DNA of 64,000 bases from Vicugna vicugna (taxonomy: Eukaryota), in the NCBI GenBank assembly GCA_013265495.1, contig MU058139.1:248001-312000 (forward strand), in the 5' to 3' direction. Positions 50,024 to 62,431 of the stretch are shown in pieces. Within the stretch, counting starts at the first letter, position 1. Every line of letters starts with the position of its first letter. A program made the position numbers and the translations under genes. The notes under the pieces are model-generated. The model was not told the DNA's origin. It searched no databases and was given only the letters and a program-made list of their open reading frames with translations.

Positions 50024-50563
50024 TGTTACTGAGTCCAAATTCATTCTGTTCGCCACACAACAGGCCAATAAATCAGGAGACACGTGTTGGGGCAATGAAT
50101 AATGACTTTATTCAGAAAACCAGCAGACTAAGAGGATGGCAGACTAATGTCTTGGACAACTATCTTCCCCAAGTCAGAATCCAGGCTCTTTTTGTACTAA
50201 AAAAAGGGGAGGGGGTCTGGTTGGTTGGTGCAGACTTCTTGGTGTAGGAATTCTTTGTTTTTGGAATCCTTTGTTCTTGCAGCTGTCCATGTGGGTCAGG
50301 TCATGGTGTCCCTGCAAACCTCCAACAAAACAAATACTATTTTCCATTCTGCAACTTGTTATCTTTGTAGAAGTGCAAAAGTGTTAATATCCCTAACTGT
50401 CACAGTCTTGAGAATAGGCTCTCCTGTATATTTCAGGCTCTAGGCAACATTGTTTTTTACAAAAGGTGCAGAACCAGCAAGACTAATCCTAGAAAACAGG
50501 GCACAGGATTAAAGCCAAAGTAACAGGTCTAATATGGAGTCAGATTTGTTCTTTTCTATTACA
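50024..50563 (-). mobile_element. Complete ERV1 solo LTR (540 bp) with a 4-bp TSD
   Basis: TG...CA termini (tgttact...tattaca); AAAG on both sides (50020-50023, 50564-50567); AATAAA on the minus strand near 50107-50112. Confidence 0.9.
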
Positions 50564-50827
50564 AAAGGGATGGCATTTATAAAGATATCCAGCCATCCAA
50601 TGATGAGTTTCTCCGACAGAAACTCCTACCGGAATTCCTAGAATGTCCCTAGAAATGGCCAAATACTCAGACACAATGATGGAACTGTATCACAAAGCAA
50701 TAAAATAAAGCACTAGATCCTGCCAGTGTTTTCCACAAGCTCACCAATGTGCAGATGGTCCATGGAAACACGTACATGCCCATCTGGCATTCTGAACCAC
50801 CATGTTCCCTGTTGTCTTTCCTTGTAG

Positions 50828-50987
50828 GCATTTGATGGCTTAAGCTCTGCGACCACCCGCCTTGTTGGTGTGTGTGGAAGACAGCAGCTGAGTAACCCCG
50901 TCATCTCTACAGGGAACAGCCTCTTTGTGCGCTTTCAGTCTGGCCCTTCCGGACAGAGCAGGGGGTTCCGAGCTCGCTTCAGACAAG
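50828..50987 (+). CDS. CUBN: Cubilin internal exon (exon 32 equivalent), C-terminal half of CUB10; GC donor
   Basis: cttgtag|GCA TTT GAT...AGA CAA G|gcaagt; 160 bp; [53 protein letters not shown](A); the GC donor keeps frame with the next exon, the nearest GT does not. Confidence 0.95.
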
Positions 50988-52656
50988 GCAAGTACCATGT
51001 GGGTCTCCCCGAGGCACAAACTGTTCTTAAGGGTCCCTCTTGGTGCTGCAATAAAATGAGATCAGTCTTCAGAAATTGGTCCCAGCTTTGTACTTAACAT
51101 GCAACAATTTCAGCAGAACAGAACTATGAGTTGCAATGATTGTAACTGTTCATACTTTTAACTTTGCCTTTTTTTAACTTAGATGATGCTAACTTCCTTT
51201 GGGTCTCTGACCTCTCAAACAAGTTTTCAAAATGATACTTAAAAGTACCTTTACTATTAGAGATACTATTAAAGAAGTGATTATCCAAATTTATTCATTC
51301 ATAAATAAATTATCTAGCATTTATCCAAGGTTTTAGGCTAAGAAACAAACTACTATAAATAATAAGACTTTCTTGTAGAGTCAGAGTCTAACCCTCAATG
51401 TAGTGAAGAATCAGTGTTGTTTTCCATCCATCGTTTTTTTCCTTAAATCATCATTTCTCAGTTCTTCCATTGCCTTTCATCTGGGATTTTCAGAGAGTAA
51501 CCCTTTATCTCCCTGTCAGGGATGGAACCCAGAGCTGGAGGGGTTGCTGTCGGTTTCCCTACACCTCTGATTTTTATTCGGATGATCCTTTCATCTCAAA
51601 TAAGTGTGGTTGTTTAGTCATTTAGTCTGTTTCAGTGAACTTGCTTGTGTTCCATAGTAAAGAGCCCTGGCTAGGAATAAATTTCTGGATTGAACTCTCT
51701 CAAAGACGCAACTTTAGATTTTGGAGCAAGACAGATTGCAAAGTTCTTTCAAAGAAAGAATAGTTTCTTAACACTTTTTTCTTTTCATTTCATTAATCAC
51801 TTATGTTTTGCTTCATAGTTTAAAAAAAATCCCCAGTAGGTCTTTTCTGGGCTGTTATAACATCCTCCTCAATCTCACCCACTCTTTTCCCATGTTCCTC
51901 CAAATTGCAACCTACAATGGCGAGTTCTGATCATGACCTTCAGTGCTCCAGTGTCTGTCCTGGCTCCACACTGACTGGGGAACAGAGCCGAAGCTTCTCT
52001 GGATGTTCCCCACAGGCCCAGAATCTGCCCTAATGTTTTTCCAGCCTCACCCAGACACTCCGCAAGCACCCCGCACTTCAGCCAAGTCTGTGTGGTGTAG
52101 CTCTTACCCCCTCTCTGTCTTTGCTGGAGCTGCCCTCTCCCTGGACTACGGTTCCTCACCCCCAGATTCCTCCTTCAGCCACTGTCTCCTCTGCGAGGAG
52201 CCTCTTACACCCCAGCTGGCTTCCAGTCTTCTACTCCTGCAGAGCATTGCAACTTCCCTGATGATATACAGCTGCCCTTGGGAAGTCTCATTTAATGGAG
52301 TCTTTATATTTCTAAAAAAGAAGTTGTTCATAAAGAGATTATCCCTCTGCCTGTCATTTACCAGTGGGCAGAGTAAGTGAATCAATGCCAGAGTTTTGTT
52401 GACTGATTCGGACAATCTGTAGCCATTGACCCTACTGTCCTTTGCCACCCCCACTTCCTGTAACTGAAGAATACCGTTGTAAACGTAGGGTGTGTTCCCA
52501 CTTTCTCACGGTTTATGTGCAGCTTCCTTGGCAGAGGGCTTCCTTGACATTTTAGAAACTGGGAAACATCATTTATGTTTTCACTCATCAAGTAACTGTC
52601 TTGTAGAGCCAGTAGAAACCAGATGTATCTGACCTGTGTGTGTGTGTGTTTCTCAG

Positions 52657-52770
52657 CCTGTGGCAGCTACATCCTCACCAGCTCTGCCGACACTATATCC
52701 TCTCCGTTGTTTCCTGCCAACTATCCAAACAATCAGAACTGTGTCTGGACCATTCAAGCTCAGCCTCCAT
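52657..52770 (+). CDS. CUBN: Cubilin internal exon (exon 33 equivalent), start of CUB11
   Basis: tttctcag|CC TGT GGC...CCA T|gtaagt; 114 bp; [37 protein letters not shown]. Confidence 0.97.
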
Positions 52771-52965
52771 GTAAGTAACAGAAAAAAAAAATCCAGGATG
52801 GAGCGTGTCTGTGGGAAAGTCCATCTATGACTCATGTTTTTATGTCCTCTGTGTGAACAATTGATGGCCTTCCTCCTCTGTTTTTGGAAGTCTCAATTCC
52901 TGCTGTGCCCGAGAACAAGTGTTTCCTAATCTGGTAGGAAGTAATTTTTATTGTTTATTCTTAAT

Positions 52966-52966
52966 T

Positions 52967-53023
<57 letters not shown>
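52966..53023. repeat. (TTTA)n microsatellite
   Basis: Seen directly. Confidence 0.9.
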
Positions 53024-53026
<3 letters not shown>

Positions 53027-53114
53027 ATTTCAAGGCCTAGCAATGGAAGCAAAGCAGAAACCTATAACCTAGCTGAATTGACAGGCATGTGATATTGGGG
53101 GGGGGTAAGCAAAA

Positions 53115-53806
53115 ATAATGGAATGCAGTTTGGTGCAGCCACTGTGGAAAACCGTATGGAGACTCCTCAAAAATAGACTAAAAATAGACCTCACTCCTAG
53201 GCTTATATCCAGAAGGAACCCTAATTCAAAATGACACCTGCACCCCCATGTTCATAGCAGCACTATTTACAGTAGCCAAGACATGGAAATAACCTAAATG
53301 TCCATCGACAGATGACTGGAAAAAGAAGTTGCGATATATTTATACAATGCCATAAAAGATGACAACATAACACCATTTGCAGCAACATGGATGGACCTAG
53401 TGATTGTCATTCTAAGTGAAGTAAGCCAGAAAGAGAAAGAAAAATACCATATGAGATTCCTCCTATGTGGAATCTAAAAAAAAAAAAAAAGAAGAAGAAG
53501 AAAAATGAACTTAAATATAAAACAGAAACAGACTCACAGACAGAGAATATAAACTTGTGGTTGTGAGGGGAGAGGGGGGTGGGAAGGGACAGACTGGGAA
53601 TTCGAGATTTTCAGATACTGACAGGTATATATAGAATAGATAAACAAGTTTATACTGTATAGCACAGGGAAATATATGCAAGATCTTACAGGAGCTCAAA
53701 AGAATATAAAAACAAATATATGTATATTCATGTATGACTGAAGCATGTGCTGTACACCAGAAATTGACACAACATTGTAAACTGACATAACTCAATTTAA
53801 AAAAAA
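53115..53806 (+). mobile_element. L1 ORF2 end and 3' UTR with poly(A)
   Basis: ttggtgcagccactgtggaaaac...tgttcatagcagcactatttacagtagccaagacatgga...tgtacaccagaaattgacacaacattgtaaactgac. Confidence 0.92.
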
Positions 53807-55212
53807 GGAAAAATAGTTTCTGATACTTGTGTCTTGAGTGCAGTTACGCTGAAGGCAGCTGCTAAATGAATCAATGAGTAACAGGACCCATAGCCTGGAA
53901 ATTAATAGCTCTCAGTTTGGGGGTGCAATGCCCTGGGGCCTGTTGGTCTTCAATCAAGGTGGGGAGTTAATTACAAAATCTGTTCTCTTCAGCGATGCGT
54001 GTATTAAAAACATCCCAGCACAGGCCATGGAGAAACATTTAATAAGTGCTTATATTATTTTATTTTTAGAATCCTAGAATCTTATTTTCTGACCTGGTAA
54101 CCATCCGGAGGTAAGGATTAACATCCACATTTTACAGAGAAAATGAGGAGATTCCTAAGGCCTGAAGCAAAGTCACCACAAGGAGGGTGATCCTGGGGCC
54201 ATGAAGGATCCTGTTTTGAATGAGCCCTGCCCACCCTTGAAGTTTTCAGGAAAAATTGATGATTTGAGACATAACGTGAGAAAGGCATTAAGTGCTTGAC
54301 TCTGCTGTGTAATTAATGACCTGTGTGATAACAGGAAATTCGCTTAAGCCAATGAGACCCCATTAGCTAATCTGAAAAATGAAAAGTTTGGCTTCGATAT
54401 TCTCTAACATTTTCCCGAGGGATGTTAAGAGTTAACAAAAGAATATCTTTATTGCCCTGCATGTGATTCGGGGGATGGTGATGCCATCCTTAGCCAAAAA
54501 CCACTGCCAGCCAGCCAGGAACTGAGTCTTAGATAATGAAGACCCCACCTTGGGTCCAACAGCTTTGCACCTAAGGATAATTTCTAAAGAGTTGTAAAGC
54601 ATTTAGAGGAAAGATCTCACTGGCTCAAAGACAGTAATAGGAAAAGATCCTATTCTGAAGATTTCAGACCCTGAAAGAAAAACAAAAGGAGGACGTACCC
54701 ATGCACATACTGTTCTGCAAGTAATTTAAAGCTTTTTTTTTATAAATGACTGAAACTCTGGGTCCCGAGTTGAGGCCTTAAAGTCACTCTGGGAGTGTTA
54801 GGATTGGTGTGCCAGGGAGAAGAATGTGCCTGATTTACAAGCACAGGTGAAAAATCAGAATTTAAGGACACTGTTGTGTTGAGAAGGATGTTTCTGAGAG
54901 GAACACAGCGATGTCTGGAACACTCCCCATAGTCCACGAAGTACGCCTACCCGGGGGTCCTCTTACAGGTCCCTGCATTCAGATTCTGTCGACATTTTCG
55001 AAGATGTCGCTTCTGTCACTCTTCAGAGGAAAGCTTGTAGCAGAGCAGTTGTTACTTTTCCCCTTCATACCCTGTAGCCCTGGGCTCATCTTCCAGATTC
55101 ATTGCTTCCATGCAGGTCAAAGGATCAGGGTTAACATCTCTCTCCCTGTGTGTTTTGTGTACCAGCACTTTATTAAATAGCCTTCTCTCTCTCTCTCTCT
55201 ATTTTCTTATAG

Positions 55213-55323
55213 TCAATCATATTACCCTCTCCTTCAGTCACTTTGGACTCGAAAGCAGCACAACGTGTACCCAAGACTTTTTGGAAGTTTTGGACGGCAG
55301 TCATGCCGACGCGCCCCTCCGAG
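55213..55323 (+). CDS. CUBN: Cubilin internal exon (exon 34 equivalent), middle of CUB11
   Basis: ttcttatag|TC AAT CAT...CGA G|gtactg; 111 bp; (F)NHITLSFSHFGLESSTTCTQDFLEVLDGSHADAPLR(G). Confidence 0.97.
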
Positions 55324-56084
55324 GTACTGCCCTGCTCATTTCCCTCTGCGGCCCTGGCCGGGGTTTTATTTCTATCGCTACATATGGATTTGGGTGTCAT
55401 TCAAGGTTAGAATGTTTCCAGTGACTATGAAGGGCAACATAAGCCAAGTTAGGATAAGGAGAGGCTAAGAAAGCAGGAGTGCATGTGAAGGTCAAGAAAC
55501 TCAGCTTGTTCATGTCCAAGGACGTGAATAGTTTACATAAGTTTTTTTTCTTAATTGAAAGTTGTGGTTGCTTTAGACAGTAGGCAAGTGCAGTCCGTTC
55601 CAAGCATTAGATTGCGCTCTGTGGGAGATCTCTTGTCCGTATCTGACCACAGTGCTTATATGCAAAGGGGGCATGTTTCTTCTGGTTTTGTCCTCAGTGG
55701 AAGCAAAAGAATCAACCAACCAACCAACCAATCAATCAATCAATAATCTGGAATTCTGTTTGTAAGACATCCCGAGAAAATTCAAGATTGCTGCCTTCTA
55801 GTTTCTGAAATGTCCTCAAGCAAAACAATCTCAGGTTATTTCGGCTTTCTCCATGAGTCACTCCTATGTGAGCTTCGTCGCACAAGCGTCTCATCCTGCC
55901 CTAGAAGACACACACTCCATCAGAAAGGCGACTTTGTTTTGCTCATTGCTTTAATCCCAGTGCCCAGAACAGTGGCTGAGACAACAGGGGGCAATTGATG
56001 GGCATTCATTCTCTGCTCGGGGCAGACTTCAGATTGCATTCCTTGTGGTTTTTGCCTATAAGCATTTGGCCAAGGATGAGGCTA

Positions 56085-56340
56085 TATTATTTAATAAACG
56101 CTTATATAGCACTTGCTTGGTGCTGAGCGCTATTTGAAGAACTTTATAAATAGTAACTCAGTTCATCCTCATGTCCTTATGATAGAGGGTTTCATTATTA
56201 TCCATGTGCCCCTTTCTCAAGTAGGAAAACTGAGGCACTGAGAACTTAAGGAACTTGACTCAGGTCACAGAGCTAGTCAACAGCAGAGCCAGGAGTTGAA
56301 TCCAGATATTCTGGCTCCAACATTCACACGTTTCTGTGAT
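56085..56340 (+). mobile_element. MIR SINE
   Basis: gaaaactgaggcactgagaacttaaggaacttgactcaggtcacagagctagt...cagagccaggagttgaatccaga. Confidence 0.85.
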
Positions 56341-56663
56341 ATTATGTATCACTTTTGGTATATAATACTAAATATTAGCACATTTATTTGTGCAGGCCCC
56401 AACCACACTGGAGATTTTAGCAGCAGTTACATTTGGAGACCATCTGTGTTTTTCTTATCTTCCCCCTAAGGCTCTTTATCATATTTAGAAACTGTGTCTC
56501 TTACTCTTGTATCTACAGTTTATTTTTAATTGTCAGGCAGCGTCCCAAACACTGACCCCGATTTGATAGTGATTTCTTCTGTCTGCTTTGGTCTCTTGTG
56601 ATCCTAGGAAGTCCATGCTTACCTGTCACCATTCATCTCCCTGTCATTACCTTCATTATTTAG

Positions 56664-56792
56664 GCCGCTATTGTGGCTCCTCCATGCCCCACCCCATCAC
56701 TTCCTTCAGCAATGCTCTGACGCTGAGGTTCGTCTCAGATTCTGTGGTGAATTTTGATGGTTTCCACGCCACATTTGCAGCATCAACATCAG
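56664..56792 (+). CDS. CUBN: Cubilin internal exon (exon 35 equivalent), end of CUB11
   Basis: attatttag|GC CGC TAT...TCA G|gtaaga; 129 bp; [42 protein letters not shown](A). Confidence 0.97.
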
Positions 56793-57442
56793 GTAAGAGC
56801 TGTTTGCAGCTGGCGCTGCTCGGTTAAGAGGAAGGGATAGAAAATCCTTGGTTTGTTTGGGACTCTTCCACCTTCAGAGTTCACAGCTAGTTTCCTGAGA
56901 TCACCTCTATGTCTAACCTTGCCTTCTTTCAAGTTAGGTTAACATCCCTGTAGATTCTAATCTTAGTGAACTCTTTACCGCATCTTCTTTATCCCTTCAT
57001 CCATTGACGGACACTTGGTTTGTTCCCAGGGCTCGGTGATTAGGACTGATTCTGCTGGGGTGAGCTCTGGTAGTGGGTAGCATTGGTTGGAGTGACCTTG
57101 GGTGACATACTTGTCCATGTGCCCTTGTTCTCCCTCATGATATGTTTGTTAAGGGAGCCGCTGATGGACAATGTCCAATGGCATCTCTTACACATGGACA
57201 GCTGCTGTTCTTCAGTCTCCCTGGTGTCACAGCTGGGCTCAGGCAGGGCTGGGTGTTGTCACTGACGCAGGATGGACGGTGGCACGTGGGGAGGAGGGGA
57301 AGGAGGAGTCACCCGGTACAGGGTCTCTTAGCCAGGAGAGAGTTGTTTGTTAGCTGCCGGCTTCCTCATCATTTGCAGTTAAAAGCCTTCAGACACCTAG
57401 GAGATTTGTATATGTTGCAGTGCTCTGCTGACTTGTTTGGTT

Positions 57443-57569
57443 GTTTTTTATGGGGGGGGGTAATTAGGTTTCTTCACTGATTTCCGCTTGGAGGAGGTAC
57501 TGGCGATTGAACCCCGGATCTCCTGGGTGCTGAGCATGCGCTCTACCACTGGAGCTACATCCTTCCCCC
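57443..57569 (-). mobile_element. tRNA-derived SINE (camelid type), more diverged copy
   Basis: ggggggggtaattaggttt...ggaggtactggcgattgaaccc...agcatgcgctctaccact is the reverse complement of the 48746 SINE. Confidence 0.85.
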
Positions 57570-57937
57570 TCGGCGCTCTCTTGAGAAGAAGCTGAAACAC
57601 TGCCTTTTGTTCTAGGCCAGGGTGGAAATCATCCTGGTCAGAAATACCGAGGGGCTACAGGATTAAAATCATTCTCGTATTACATACGAGAGGAGAGGCT
57701 TTCAGAAAAGAAACCACAGTTGAGTCCTTCTAATCCACCATAGCCTGTAGCTTTTAGTTCTCAGTTTTCAGAATCTTTTCCTTATTATATATGACATGGA
57801 TTTTTTAAATTATGAGATGGAAATAACATATCCTTTGTTGCTGCCAACAGCTCTTCTAATGTCCTTTCTCCTTTATCTTATGGTGTCTCGTATTCAGTGT
57901 GTACTCTGCCACTCACTTTGTCTCTCTTTTCTTCCAG

Positions 57938-58070
57938 CCTGTGGTGGAATCTTCCACATGGCTGAAGGCATCTTCAACAGCCCTGGATACCCAGAAATTT
58001 ATCCCTCTAATGTGGAATGTGTCTGGAACATTGTCAGTTCCCCTGGCAACCAGCTCCAGCTGTCTTTTAT
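57938..58070 (+). CDS. CUBN: Cubilin internal exon (exon 36 equivalent), start of CUB12
   Basis: ttttcttccag|CC TGT GGT...TTT AT|gtaagt; 133 bp; [43 protein letters not shown]; the gene continues beyond the window. Confidence 0.97.
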
Positions 58071-59080
58071 GTAAGTCCTTTTTTATAGTGTATTGTTTCA
58101 GTGAGAATGAATCTGCAGGAAGGAAGCACTGTTACTAATAGGATGGACAACTAATAGCATATGTGTCCAAACAACTGTTGGAGAATACGATGGGAACTTC
58201 AGGAAGTCTGTTTCCAAATTTCCTCTGTTTCAGTCATAGTTGAGGTTTTAAATAGCATTAAAATTCTCTGAAGAATGGTTTTAGAGTTCTGCCTAACATT
58301 ACCAAAAATACGTGCCTAATCTCTTGGTACATTAATTTTTGGAATGCTCATTTTCAGAAAATATTAATTTCATCTTTTAATAAAGGGGACATTTAGGTTC
58401 TTTGGGAGAATGATTAACATTCTTTCTTCCAGCAGAAATCCCCATCTCAATTGCCCAGATATCTTATTCCCACCCCAATCCACCTTTTCTTCTACTCCTA
58501 ACAGAAGAATGATTTTGAAAGTTTTTTTTTGAAACTGCTGATCTGACATAAATAGACTGCCAGATATTTCTGTAGTAAAGATGAGTTTATTTAAGATCAG
58601 CAGAGAATTGTAATTTGGGGTCTGCAACCATGGCAAGTCCCTGCAGAGCAAGAGAAGCAGAACACTTTTATAGAGAAGAAAAGGAAGTTGGGATGGCTAT
58701 AGTAAACAGAGTCCATGGGTTCTCATTGGTTGAGTCCTTCAGGAATGAAGAGAAGTCTTTCTTCTTCCTGTTAAACTCTGCTGTTTTCTCATGCCATGAG
58801 AGATTCCCCCTTATGGTATCCCAACTCTATTTAATTAAAGCTTCTGTTTATTAATTTTTTTTTTACATTTCCCCCTTTTGATCAAGATGTTTCTCTGAAA
58901 CCATTGCATTTCAAGAGTCAGGTTTTCTACTTTCAGTGGCTTTCTGTGCATCAGTGTCAGGAAGGACCATTTCATGTTGGAGGGGAAGTGCAAAGACCGA
59001 GAACCTATTAAGGTCATATTTGAGTAACTAGGAGGCATAGGAGGGAGAACACTCAGGTACTTTGGGGGGGGTGGAACAGG

Positions 59081-59475
59081 TTTTTTTTTTTAAATTATTG
59101 AGTTATAGTCAGTTTACAACATTGTGTCAATTTCCATTGTAGAGAACAACTTTTCAGTCATACATGAATGCACATATATGCATTGTCACATTTTTTTCAC
59201 TGTGAGCTACCACAAGATCTTGTATATATTTCCCTGTGCTATACAGTATAATTTTGTTTATCTATTCTACATATGCCTGTCAATATCTACAAATTTTGAA
59301 CTCCCAGTCTATCCCTTCCCATCCCCCTTCCCCTTGGCAACCACAAGTTTGTATTCTATGTCTATGAGTCTGTTTCTGTTTTGTATTTATGGTCATTTGT
59401 CCCTTCCCACCTTCCTTTCTTTCATGGTTTCTTTGTTTCTTTCTTCTTCTTCTTCTTCTTTTTTTTTTAGATTAC
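59081..59475 (-). mobile_element. L1 3' end inserted into the provirus
   Basis: Poly(T) then L1 3'-UTR; flanked by the direct repeat ctcaggtacttt at 59052-59063 and 59480-59491. Confidence 0.88.
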
Positions 59476-62413
59476 ACAGCTCAGGTACTTTTCATTTAAA
59501 ATTCATATGCTATCAAGACCATAAACCTTGGAGATCATGTGAAGCCTGATGTCATCATCAAAAGTTTGATGACAAACATCTAACAGGTCTAGTCTGTCTC
59601 ATCAAATGTTGTCTACTTTAATTCCAGAAAGTCTTTACTTTCAGGTCACCAGGTGATGTGCAGGTCCAGTCAGGCTTCAGTGATTTCTTTAGGTGTGCCA
59701 CATTGAATCCAAGAGTCTGTTCCTCAGAGTTTGGTGTCACAGGGGTTGTTGGTTAGCAGTACCTGATAGGGCCCTTCCCAGTGAAGTCAGTGAGTTCTTC
59801 TGAAGGAGTCTTTTCCAATAGACAAAATCTCGAGGTTCCAAAGGGTGTTGCTTAATGTCTTCATCTCCCAAGGGTGCACTGTGAAGAGATTGCTCTATCA
59901 AACCATGGTTATTTTTAATAGAAGCAATTAATCATTTGCAATATTGAAAATTCTCTCCTTCCATCAGTTGTGGGTCAAAAGAAGTGGGAGGCAAATGCAT
60001 TGGAAATCCTGTGACTATAAAGGATAAGAGTTTATGAGTTACAAAAGGGGTGAATCCAAGATTTAGAAGGACTAATGGCAATGCTTTTGACCAAGGTATT
60101 TGGAGGGCCTCATACATTTTTCCAGTTGATTCTTAATGATTCTGCTAGTGGGTTCGACTAAACCAGAGGACTGAGGGTGTAAACACAGTGAAAGTGTAAA
60201 ACTAGCCAAACAAAGCAGACTTGTCAAAGTGTCTGGCCAGTAAAGTGGATTCCTCAAACACTATGAAGTTTGGGAGGAGTTCCCCAGGTAGGGATGATCT
60301 TTTCCAAAAGAACTTTTGCTACAGAAGAGATAGTAGCTTGGCTGCGAAAGAAGGCTTCCACCCAGTGTGAAAATGTATAGACTATGACAAAAGTATATTT
60401 ATATCCATTAGAGGAAAACTTGTATGAAATCCATTTGCCGGAGCTTGAATGATCCATTAGGCAGTTTAAAATGTCTGAGAGCAGTACGAACAGGCTGCAC
60501 TTTGGACAAATGGGACAAGTGAAGTAGGCACTTTTTTTCCGCCTTGTTAATGTTTCCTCTCTAATATTGATTTATGACGGCTGTCATCTGGTCAGTAGAA
60601 CAGAGGTTTAATGCATGCACAGAGGTGAGGAGTGGGAACTTTAGAGTGTCTGGTAGGAGTAAGTTGTAATTTGACCCAAACCAGAAGTTTCTCTTTTGGT
60701 CAAACCAATGATTATTGATTTTCCCATCTTGTTTTCTCTTTTCTGAGGCCAATTGTTGGGCTTCTCTAGCCAGTTTTTTCTAAATTTCCCTTTGGACCAA
60801 GACAGAGGTCTGACTGCGGTTGGTCCCCATGAGGACAGAATTCCTCATGGAGATATCAGCAAAGCGATTTCCTTTAGCTTTCAGAGAGTCAGTTTTAGAA
60901 TACCCAGAATCTCAATAATAGCTTAAGTGGCAGGTAAAAGTATTGCATCCAATAGTTCCTAAACACAGGGGCCATTTAAAATTTTTTTCCCACTGAAAGT
61001 AAGGAAGCCACATTGCTTCCACAATATTCCAAAATCATGAGCTACTCTGAAAGCGTATCAACTACCAGTATAATAAATATTCTCAGGTTTGTCCTTGGCT
61101 AAAATATAAGCCTATGTAAAAGCATGTAATTCAATCTGTTGGGCCAAAGTAGCCATAGGTAAAGATGCTGCCTCAGAACATCAAAAGGAATCTTAATAGC
61201 ATCCTTGGAACTATATTTGCCTTTGTCACCTTTTAAATGAGAACCATCAGTGAGCCATGAGAAGCCAGCATTACCCAGTGGAATTTCCTGTAGATCACCA
61301 TGAGGAGTCAGGAGGTGACCTTGAAGGCTGTGTCATCTGGTTCTTCTCATTAAATTGGGTTGAGGTTGTCCGATGGCATCTCTTCCAGGTGGACAACTGC
61401 TGTCATTCCCCACTACTTGAGCTGTTTCAGTACTCTGAGGCAGAGATTGTTTTATAGTAGTGGGGTTGAGCACCAAGAGTGTGGCTCCAGTGTCAGTTAA
61501 GGGTGGAAGAAGTTCGTCCCCAATCTGGAGAAATGTTTCTCCATGCCGCTTAAGAGGAGGATTGAGAAGAGCCCCTGTAGTTCCTTAGGGTGCCATTATT
61601 AAGAATTGGGAAGATGCCAAAAAGCTGGTTAGAGGGCTGAAGGCACCTAGAGCACTTAAACGTGTAACAACCTCTTTTCCAATATTCTGGCTCTTTGCAA
61701 TAATAGCAGAAGCTAGTAGAGCTTTGGTTTCATTTAGGAGCCTTCATTTGTTGCGGTTGAAGATTAGGAATGTTGGCAGTTTTCCTCTGAGGTGACTCAT
61801 CTAGAGTTTGTGACGGCTGGTTTGCCACATTAACTAAATCTGGAGTGGACATAGTTTCCTGTTACATCCTGGTCCTTTTTATTAGAAAGGAAAGATCCCA
61901 GTTCAGCCAGTTTTCAAATATTTTATAGCACAAACAGCTTAAATGGTTTTCAAGCCTAAATACTAGCCAATTCTAAGGAGATATGTTGGTCCTAAAGGAG
62001 CTAGGCCAAAGGCTTTTTCAGCCAGTTTCAAGAGAATAGCCCTTTGCAAAGGAATAGACTGAAGGCTAAAGAAAACTGGCACAGTTTCAGTGAAATGGCC
62101 CCTGTTCCCGAAGGAATGGGTCAAAGGCTAGCCAGTTTCAATTGAAATGGTCTGATATCAAATCAGAAAGAAGTGCCCAACAACTACTCACGTGCAGAAC
62201 AAAGTGTTGACCGGTAAGATGAAACTTTAAAATAGATCTTGAATAAAACCTGGAGATCTTCAAATGCAAACGGAGTGTGAGCTCAGATCCAAGAGAATAA
62301 CATACATTTGAACTCTAGGGTCCACAGGAAAAGCAGTGAGTGACAGTGGGCTCAATCTGTGGGTACCACGCCTGTTTGCTTACCAGCCTAGAGCTGTCGT
62401 GGGTCTCATCTGG

Positions 62414-62431
62414 TCCCTGTATAAGCCACCA
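62414..62431 (-). promoter_or_regulatory. Retroviral primer-binding site, tRNA-Ile-like
   Basis: TGGTGGCTTATACAGGGA, 3 nt after the 5' LTR; 14/18 match (all mismatches are transitions) to TGGTGGCCCGTACGGGGA, the complement of the tRNA-Ile(AAU) 3' end as recalled. Confidence 0.7.
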
